A stretch of DNA of 32,000 nucleotides from Candidatus Jordarchaeales archaeon (GTDB taxonomy: Archaea > Asgardarchaeota > Jordiarchaeia > Jordiarchaeales > Freyrarchaeaceae), in NCBI GenBank assembly GCA_038889235.1, contig JAWAHN010000001.1:434499-466498 (forward strand), in the 5' to 3' direction. The position numbers and the translations under genes are program-made. Positions 8,857-15,765 of the stretch are shown here, one piece after another (within the stretch, counting starts at the first letter, position 1; the number at the start of each line of letters is the position of its first letter). The notes below the pieces were generated by a model. That model searched no databases and was not told the DNA's origin. It worked only from the letters and a program-made list of their open reading frames with translations.

Positions 8857-8876
8857 CTCCGCGCCCCCTAAAGGCT
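8857..8876 (-). other. tRNA intron 1 (20 nt, D-arm, position 15/16)
   Basis: Sequence AGCCTTTAGGGGGCGCGGAG, bulges AGA/AGC, relaxed GUGU/GCGG helix, inner GCCU/GGGC hairpin. Confidence 0.8.
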
Positions 8877-8919
8877 CTACACCACCGGGCTTCCAGTTTT
8901 AGGAGAATAACGAAGAATT

Positions 8920-8933
8920 TTATATAATTTTCG
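8920..8933 (-). promoter_or_regulatory. BRE-TATA promoter of tRNA-Gln
   Basis: Minus strand reads CGAAAA-TTATATAA about 30 nt upstream of the tRNA 5' end. Confidence 0.65.
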
Positions 8934-9072
8934 AGGGCGCCGACTTTCTGTCCAAGTTAATTATTCTTCATAAACCTAGCCACATGTTCTGAAAACTAGC
9001 ACGATAAACCTCTGACCCCTCTGCACGAAGAAGTTCAGCACTCATGTTTAAAGATGCGTGGCTCACACTTGA

Positions 9073-9390
9073 CTAGATTTCCTCGAGGTACCGTTTCCCC
9101 TTGCTTGTTATCTCCCACACCTCTATTTTGTTCACAAAGCCCTTTTCCTCAAGGCCTTTAAGCATCGAAACTATCTGCTCTTTAGATGCGAGCTCTTTAC
9201 CCGTCGCTTTCCGCGGAGCATTGAACTCCGTCATTATTTGGTCGAGGAGTTTTCTCTGGTTAGAGAGTATTTCGAGCAGGAAAAGCTCATCGTCGCTAAG
9301 TTTTTCTTCGAGAGGGGGGTGTTTCAGCTTTTCCTTAGCCCCCACCCACTCTGGCACTTTTCCAGGGACCTCCCCACTTTTCCCGCTCAT
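9073..9390 (-). CDS. Winged-helix domain protein
   Basis: C-terminal LKGLEEKGFV...WEITSKGKRYLE wHTH pattern. Probable ATG start at 9390. Confidence 0.65.
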   Translation of the reverse strand: MSGKSGEVPGKVPEWVGAKEKLKHPPLEEKLSDDELFLLEILSNQRKLLDQIMTEFNAPRKATGKELASKEQIVSMLKGLEEKGFVNKIEVWEITSKGKRYLEEI

Positions 9391-9529
9391 AAAGGCAACT
9401 CTCCTCCCCAACACACAGGTACCATTAGGTAACCATTCTCACATCTTCTACTTATTACTTTCTATGCGCACTTGGCCACGCGCAAAAATAGAAAGAGGGG
9501 ACATGAAAAGATTCTGGGTGTCTGGAGGG

Positions 9530-11763
9530 TTACAGCGTGTCTATGTACTCCTCAGGTTTCGGCGGTTCTGGTTTCAGTCCTTTTCTCTTCCGGATTTCAG
9601 CTATTACTTCACTTAGCAGAGACTTTGGAACTTCAGCCCACCTTGAGAACTGTGTTTGCCAGAAAGCTCTGCCAGAAGTCTTTGACCGCAAGTCATTTGC
9701 AAGCCCGAAGCTTTCTCTTACCGGTATCTCTCCATTCACGAATACTAGCGGGCCACGCTGCTCTATGTTTATAACATGACCTCTGCGCTGGGATAGTATG
9801 CTTGAAACCGCCCCTATGTACTCTGGTGGGACCATTACTTGGATCTTGTATATTGGCTCGAGCAGGGTTGGCTTGGCGCTTAGGAATGCACCCCACGTGG
9901 CACGCCTGCTCATAGGCATGATTTGCGCTGGCCCTCTGTGAACGGGGTCCTCGTGCAGCTGGCAGTCCGTCACTATTACTTTAACGCCTCTCATGGGCTC
10001 CTCGGCAAGGGGACCTGCTTCGCAAGCCCATTTTATCCCTGATATTATTGTCTCCTTCACCTCACGTAGGTACTGGATGCCACGCGTCCTGTCAACTATC
10101 ACATTGCCGTACTCGTCAATCGCCCAAATGTTCCTGGCGTCATGAGGGTCCCAACCAGCTTTTTCTCTCAGAATCTTCGCCCTCTCATCTCTCTCTTGGT
10201 ACTCCGATATTTCGCCCTCCGTGAGCAGGTTTACCGTCTCCTCGTTAAGCGGCTCAACCATGATCCAAATCCTGTTGTGCTTGTTCGGGCTTTTTCCTAG
10301 TACCGGCTGGGAGGACGAGGTGACCGTTTCCCTGTAGACCACTATTGGCGGTGAGACTGTGATATCAACTTCTGACTGGATTTCCTTCAGAGCTATTTCG
10401 AGGTGTAGTTCGCCCATTCCCGAGAGCAGGTATTCTCCGGTTTCTTGATTAATCGTCGTCACTATGTTCGGGTCTTGAATCGAGATTTTCTGCATCAGTT
10501 CCACAAGTTTCGGTAGATCTTTCGGGTGTTTCGGCTCTATGGCTACGGTGACAACAGGCTCTGAAATGTACTTAATTTTTTCAAATGGAACCACGATGTC
10601 CTTTATGTTTTCGGCTACCACGGTTTCTCCAGCTCTAGCCAGCTCCAGTCCGAGCAGAGCCGCTATGTTGCCAGCTGGTATGGAACTGACTATGGCTCGT
10701 TTGGCACCCATGTAAATGCTCGTCTGCTGAACCCTGTAACCTTTCTTAGCTGTGAGCAGGTAAACTTGGTCTCCTTCACTTATCGTGCCGGAGAAAACTC
10801 TCCCCGTCGATACTATTCCCGCGTGGGGGTCGACTATAACCTTGTTTAGACAAATTACAGTTGGGCCGTTCTCATCGCACTCAAGCATCGCTTTTCCTAT
10901 CTCGCTGTTAAGGTCCCCGTGCCAGATCTTCGGCACTCTGTAGCGTTGAGCCTCAATCGGGTTGGGAAGGTGGTCGACGACCATGTCCAACACAGCAGCA
11001 TGAACCGGGAGAAGCTTCTTGAGCTCGTCTACCCTATCTTCCTTGTAATAGGCGACTATGTCACTAAACTTCAACCCTAACTCGAGCATTTGAGGAACAG
11101 TAAACCCCCACCTGTGAAGGGCTGAACCAAAGGCCACGCTACCATTAGCCGGATTAACCTTCCACTTGTTGGCGAACTCCTTCTCACCATAAATGTCGAT
11201 TAAACCATTAAAATCTCGAATAATCCTGTTAAGCTTCTCTTGGACGCCGCGCTCGTCAAGCCTTAACTCGCGGATTAAACGGTCAATCTTATTAATAAAC
11301 AATACGGGTCTGACACGCTCAGATAAAGCCTGTCGAGTAACGGTTTCCGTTTGGACGCCTATCTCCTCTACGGCATCTACCACTACGACCGCGCCGTCAA
11401 TTACTCTTAAAGCTCTCGTAACGTGCCCGGTGAAGTTTACGCGAGCGAGCCAGCCGGCTCGTTCTCTACGTGTCCGGGCGTGTCTATGAGGTTTATGAGG
11501 TACTCTTTCCCGTCGAACTTGTGCACTAGAGATATGTTAGCGGCTTTTATTGTTATCCCTCTTTTCTGCTCCTCTTCAAGGTAGTCCAATGCCCTTGCTT
11601 CTCCCGCTATCGTTGGGGAGAGTAGCCCAGCTTCAGCAAGCAGGGAGTCGCTTAGCGTTGTTTTGCCGTGGTCGACGTGTGCTATTATTCCGAAGTTCCT
11701 TATCTGCTCTTTCACTCGCATCATTCTTTCAACTTCTTCAATGTACTTCATCCTTGCAGACAA
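9530..11763 (-). CDS. fusA: Translation elongation factor 2 (aEF-2 family), spliced: complement(join(9530..11436,11466..11763)), 734 aa
   Basis: Exon 1 has [15 protein letters not shown] and DTPGHV. Exon 2 continues [28 protein letters not shown] and [12 protein letters not shown]. The exons total 298+1907=2205 nt, which is 735 codons. Confidence 0.93.
11437..11465 (-). other. Predicted BHB intron (29 nt) in EF-2 mRNA
   Basis: Helix ACGU/GCGU, bulges AGA (11467-65) and AAA (11438-36), inner stem GAACGAGCC/GGCUCGCUC (8 of 9 bp) with a GGCU loop, outer CCCGG/CCGGG. The intron contains an in-frame TAA. Confidence 0.88.
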
Positions 11764-12022
11764 AGATTTCCACCTCTCACCTTCTTAATGGTGAGATTAA
11801 GATAACAGCTTTTAAACCTTTTTTTAAACCTTTTCAAGTTTAAAAAGCTGCAAGCCCCCGGCCTAGGGGACTTATACCTTAATCAGGAGCTTCTAGTGTT
11901 TTACTGGGGCGCAAACCGCTCACTTTCCGAGTTTTGCACCACGTTCTTTAAATTGGTAAAGGTTAAATAGGTCGCCACTTTCATCTTGTTGACGAAAATT
12001 TCGTTAACAAAGGGGGGCATGT

Positions 12023-13108
12023 TTGCACCCTACGCGTTTGAAGGTCGAAGTTTTGTGCCGAGGACTAAGAGTTGAGGGAGAAGTTGGCGGTGTAAGAAAG
12101 GTGGGAGCTGGCCCGGCTGGCGGTAGACACATTCTCCTGGAAAGAGATGTGGTGGTTAACGCGCCCGTATCCGCTTACTTTGCAAAGAAATCTAGTCTGG
12201 TTTTGAGGAAAGAGGGTGGAAAGTGGTTTATTTTTGACGGGGGGAAGAGGGTCAGCGAGGTGGAGTTTGTCCCTGTGCCCGAGTTTTACTATAAGGTTAC
12301 TTCTAGTGGCATCCCTATGTGGAAAATTGCCCTTCTACATGGAAAGGACTGTGTTGCGACTACGCTCCTTCAAGTGTGTGAACGACAGAGCGTGGGGTTG
12401 GGGTGCAAGTTTTGCGGAATTTCCCTTTCTCTCAAGAGCGGGTTAACCGTTGCCCGTAAGAGGGCTGAAGACCTGGTTGAAGTTGTTGGGGCGGCAGTGG
12501 AGGAGGGGGTTTGCAGGCATGTGACTATAACTACGGGGACACCTGCTTCCCCCGATAGGGGGGCTCGGCTTCTCGCTGAAGCTGCGAGGGCGTTAAAGGG
12601 TAGTTACGATGTTCCCGTGCACGTTCAACTGGAGCCACCGAGGGGAGGGGGCGCCTTCGAAGTATTGGTTAATGCGGGTGTTGACACGGTCGGAGTACAC
12701 GTTGAAACGTTTGACGAGAATGTTAGGAGGAAAGTTTGCCCGGGTAAGTCTGAGGTCTCTCTGCAAGAGTACTTTGATGCTTGGAGGAGGGCCGTCGACG
12801 CTTTTGGAGAGGCGCAGGTTAGCACTTATGTTATTGCGGGTTTAGGGGAGAGCGATGACTGCTTGCTGTGGGGCTTTGAGGAGGCTGCCAGAATAGGCGT
12901 TGTGCCTTTTCTTGTTCCGTTGATCCCGATAGTTGGAACGGAGATGGAGTGGGCGGCTCCGCCGCCGCCGGACAGAATGCTTAGGCTCTATGCCGCCCTG
13001 AGGAGGATCCTTTTGGATTACGGTGTTAACCCTCTAGATAATAAGGCTGGGTGTGTTAGGTGCTCGTCGTGTTCTGCGCTCAGGGAAGCCATAGTTTGGG
13101 GGGTTTAA
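12023..13108 (+). CDS. Radical SAM protein, MSMEG_0568-like
   Basis: GAGPAGG, IALLHGKDCVATTLLQVC-x8-CKFC, ITTGT, VHVQLEPP and a C-terminal GCVRCSSCS motif. Confidence 0.8.
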   Translation: MHPTRLKVEVLCRGLRVEGEVGGVRKVGAGPAGGRHILLERDVVVNAPVSAYFAKKSSLVLRKEGGKWFIFDGGKRVSEVEFVPVPEFYYKVTSSGIPMWKIALLHGKDCVATTLLQVCERQSVGLGCKFCGISLSLKSGLTVARKRAEDLVEVVGAAVEEGVCRHVTITTGTPASPDRGARLLAEAARALKGSYDVPVHVQLEPPRGGGAFEVLVNAGVDTVGVHVETFDENVRRKVCPGKSEVSLQEYFDAWRRAVDAFGEAQVSTYVIAGLGESDDCLLWGFEEAARIGVVPFLVPLIPIVGTEMEWAAPPPPDRMLRLYAALRRILLDYGVNPLDNKAGCVRCSSCSALREAIVWGV

Positions 13109-13111
13109 TGT

Positions 13112-14449
13112 TTGATGCTGGACGAATTTTTTAATCCTACGAGTGTTGTGATCGTTGGCGGTTCTCCTGTTGACAGGAAATTTGGCCACCAAATAATTAA
13201 GAACATTGTTAGCTTGGGGTTTAGGGGTAAGGTCTACGTTGTTAATTTGAAAGGGGAAAGCGTGCTGGGCGTTCCGGCAGTACCAAGGGTTGACATGCTC
13301 AGTGAAGTGCCAGAGTTAGGGGTTGTTGTTCTTCCACCCGACGCGGCTGTTGACGCTTTCTTCGAGCTTTCAGATATTGGTGTTAAGAGAGTGATCATGG
13401 CGTCTTCAGGCTTCTCAGAGGCTGGGTTGGAGGGAAAGGAGAGAGAGGAGGCGATCGTCGAGGAGGCGAGGAGGAAAGGGATCCGCATCCTAGGGCCGAA
13501 CACCATTGGCTTGGTGAACTTTTCCGGGGGTTTCGCTCCAATGCTGACTCCGGTGAGAAAGTTTAGCGCTGGGAGTGTGAGCTATGTGGGGCATAGTGGG
13601 GGGTTGACGTGTGGTCTGGGTTGGTGGCAGCCAGAAGGGGTGCGGTTTAGCAAACTGGTCCATGTGGGAAACGCTTGCGATATCAGTGAGAGAGACGTTT
13701 TGGAGTACTTGTCGGCAGACAAGGAAACGAAGGTTATTCTTTGCCAGCTCTGCAGACTGACGGAGAGCGTCATGAGGGGGGTCGAGGAGGCTGCTAAAGC
13801 AAAGCCCGTTATCGTTCATTACATCCGTGGAGAATCCAGCGTTTTAGAGGATGTGGGTGCTATATGTGTTTCACATTACAGTGAGATGTTCGAGGCTGCA
13901 AGGGTGTTGCTAAGCAGAGTTCCTAGGGGGAACAAGGTTGCCGTTGTCGGCCCCTCTTCTGGAGCGATCTCAATAGTTACGTCTTGTTTTGAAAGATACG
14001 GCTTGGAGCTGGCCCGCCTTTCGGAGGGAACCGAAAAGGTTCTTAGGGAGAAGGTTTTAACGCCTCTTAGCCCGAGCGTCAATCCTGTTGATTACTGGCC
14101 TCCGTCGAGGCTGGATGGTGGGGAGGTAGGTGAGAAGAACAGTGTTGCTGTAAAAGCGCTTGTAGACGACGACGGAGTGGACATTGTGTTTGTGGTGCTG
14201 GAACTCATGGAGGAAATTGCCTTTGACGTTGAGGAGGCTTTTCGGGAGGCTGTTAAGTCAGGAAAAACGTTGATCGCCATCCTCCTTCAAGTGGAGGAGG
14301 GAGTTTCGAGAAGGGTGCAAAGGGGGTTAAAGAAGCTCAATATACCATACTTTTGGGATGCAGAAAGAGCTGTTAGAGTTGTGGGGGAGGTAGTTAAGTG
14401 GGTTAGGCGTAAAGCCTGCAAGGAGCAAAGCGTCGTCATGGTTGAATGA
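13112..14449 (+). CDS. Acyl-CoA synthetase (NDP-forming) alpha-subunit homolog lacking the phospho-His segment
   Basis: CoA-binding fold with SSGFSEAG, RILGPNTIG, VGNACDI and NPVD. The SHTG loop is absent. Confidence 0.8.
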   Translation: MMLDEFFNPTSVVIVGGSPVDRKFGHQIIKNIVSLGFRGKVYVVNLKGESVLGVPAVPRVDMLSEVPELGVVVLPPDAAVDAFFELSDIGVKRVIMASSGFSEAGLEGKEREEAIVEEARRKGIRILGPNTIGLVNFSGGFAPMLTPVRKFSAGSVSYVGHSGGLTCGLGWWQPEGVRFSKLVHVGNACDISERDVLEYLSADKETKVILCQLCRLTESVMRGVEEAAKAKPVIVHYIRGESSVLEDVGAICVSHYSEMFEAARVLLSRVPRGNKVAVVGPSSGAISIVTSCFERYGLELARLSEGTEKVLREKVLTPLSPSVNPVDYWPPSRLDGGEVGEKNSVAVKALVDDDGVDIVFVVLELMEEIAFDVEEAFREAVKSGKTLIAILLQVEEGVSRRVQRGLKKLNIPYFWDAERAVRVVGEVVKWVRRKACKEQSVVMVE

Positions 14450-14458
14450 ATGCCAGGA

Positions 14459-15247
14459 TTAGGCTTTTAAGATGCCTCTTCTCAGGGCAAGCAAATGCAC
14501 TGCGAGCGTAAAGAGAGGAGTTAAGGCTAGCATATATGGATCCTTCCGGTAGTTGTGTCTTAGGTGCGCGAACCTAGTTGCGTGCTTGCACATCCATCCT
14601 TTGAGGGAGAGGGGGATTTTGTTGACAGGCAAACGCTTCCTGAAGACGTAGTAGTAGGAGGCCATTGTGCTCCACTTTACTGCTTCCATGGAGTACTTTG
14701 TGGCTCCTAGGGTGAATGGGGCTATTAGGAGGGCCGCTGTGGAGAGGAGGAGGTTCATGGCGAGGCTTTTAACCAACTGCAATGGGCTGGGGGTTCGAGG
14801 AGGGGGGAGCTCGGCTTCTCCGTAAACCACCTTTGCTCCGTTGAACGCGCTGCTGAGAACTAGCTTTGATGGGGCTAGAAGGGCGGACATCACGCGGCTG
14901 AGCGAGAATATAGAGGAAAAGTCGCCTTTCCTCAGGTCCTCTTCACGGCAGACGAAAAAGGATTTGAACATTCCTGTCTTCATATTAACAGCATCAAGAA
15001 CTTTTTCGATAAACGGAGAAGGGGGTTCAGCTTTTTCAATCCCTCTTAGGGCTGCTGCCACCTTCTTGACAATTCCCTTGTCACCGCTCTTAAGTACGAT
15101 TAGCACATCCACATCACTTAAGGGCGACATTCCTCCATCGAGGACGCTCCCGAAGAAGATGACCGATGAAACGGAGCTTTCTCCCGCAATTTTGGAGACG
15201 AAATCAACTAGTCTGATAGCCATTTTCTCGCAAGAAGCTTCATTCAC
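14459..15247 (-). CDS. Pol-beta-type nucleotidyltransferase domain protein with a helical C-terminal domain
   Basis: VIFFGSVLDGGMSPLSDVDVLIV (GS...DxD signature). Confidence 0.75.
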   Translation of the reverse strand: MNEASCEKMAIRLVDFVSKIAGESSVSSVIFFGSVLDGGMSPLSDVDVLIVLKSGDKGIVKKVAAALRGIEKAEPPSPFIEKVLDAVNMKTGMFKSFFVCREEDLRKGDFSSIFSLSRVMSALLAPSKLVLSSAFNGAKVVYGEAELPPPRTPSPLQLVKSLAMNLLLSTAALLIAPFTLGATKYSMEAVKWSTMASYYYVFRKRLPVNKIPLSLKGWMCKHATRFAHLRHNYRKDPYMLALTPLFTLAVHLLALRRGILKA

Positions 15248-15249
15248 GT

Positions 15250-15765
15250 CTAATACGCCTCCAACAATCTTAGGACAAGCTTGTTAAGTATGCGAGTTAA
15301 ACCGATAAGCTCGAGTAAAGCGTCAAACTTGTCGGCAATCCAAACTATGAGTGCTTCCCTCGTTCTGGGAGGGCTTCCAAGGGGGAACATGTGTGTCTTT
15401 ATGGCTTCAACCACTGCTCGCGGCTCCCCTATTGAGGCGGCAAGCTTAGCTCCTCTCTCAGCGTGGCTTAAAAGCTGTTTCAATGGGCTCGCTAGGTTTT
15501 CGGCGTCATAGCCTGCATCGTGTAAGACGCCTGCTCTAGCGCATGTAAAGGGGTCACACCTAGTGAGCATGGCTAACGAGAAGCTTAAGTAGCCTACGCG
15601 CAGCGAGTGAGTGAAGCGTCCGGAGCCCTTACGCGCCAAGTGTTCAGAAAAAGAGTGGGAAGGGTAATTTTTCAGGTGCGATATCACAGGAACCAGGTTA
15701 GCTACAATGCTGCGAAATGAGCGAGCAGGGTTCAAGGTGGGAACCCTCAGAAGTCGTAGGGCCAT
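15250..15765 (-). CDS. HD-domain phosphohydrolase
   Basis: HSLRV, GVLHDAG, HAERGA, AIKTHMFPL and IADK. Confidence 0.85.
   Translation of the reverse strand: MALRLLRVPTLNPARSFRSIVANLVPVISHLKNYPSHSFSEHLARKGSGRFTHSLRVGYLSFSLAMLTRCDPFTCARAGVLHDAGYDAENLASPLKQLLSHAERGAKLAASIGEPRAVVEAIKTHMFPLGSPPRTREALIVWIADKFDALLELIGLTRILNKLVLRLLEAY

Larger units (their letters stand above)
8784..8891 (-). tRNA. tRNA-Gln(CTG) with two introns (15/16 and 53/54) and encoded CCA
   Basis: Acceptor stem AGCCCGG/CCGGGCT, anticodon loop CTCTGGA (CTG at 8837-8835), T-stem CCCAG/CTGGG with TTCGAAT, and ACCA end. A canonical cloverleaf forms only after removing 8876-8857 and 8818-8807. Confidence 0.92.

Noticed and set aside
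11383-11763. EF-2 as a frameshifted pseudogene or sequencing error
   Set aside because: The break is a discrete 29-nt self-complementary insert with BHB geometry whose rule-based removal restores the exact motif. Both halves are otherwise intact.
11776-11834. Inverted repeat CTCACC/GGTGAG and tandem tttaaacctttt upstream of EF-2
   Set aside because: Could be an operator or tandem TATA elements, but the repeats are short enough to arise by chance.
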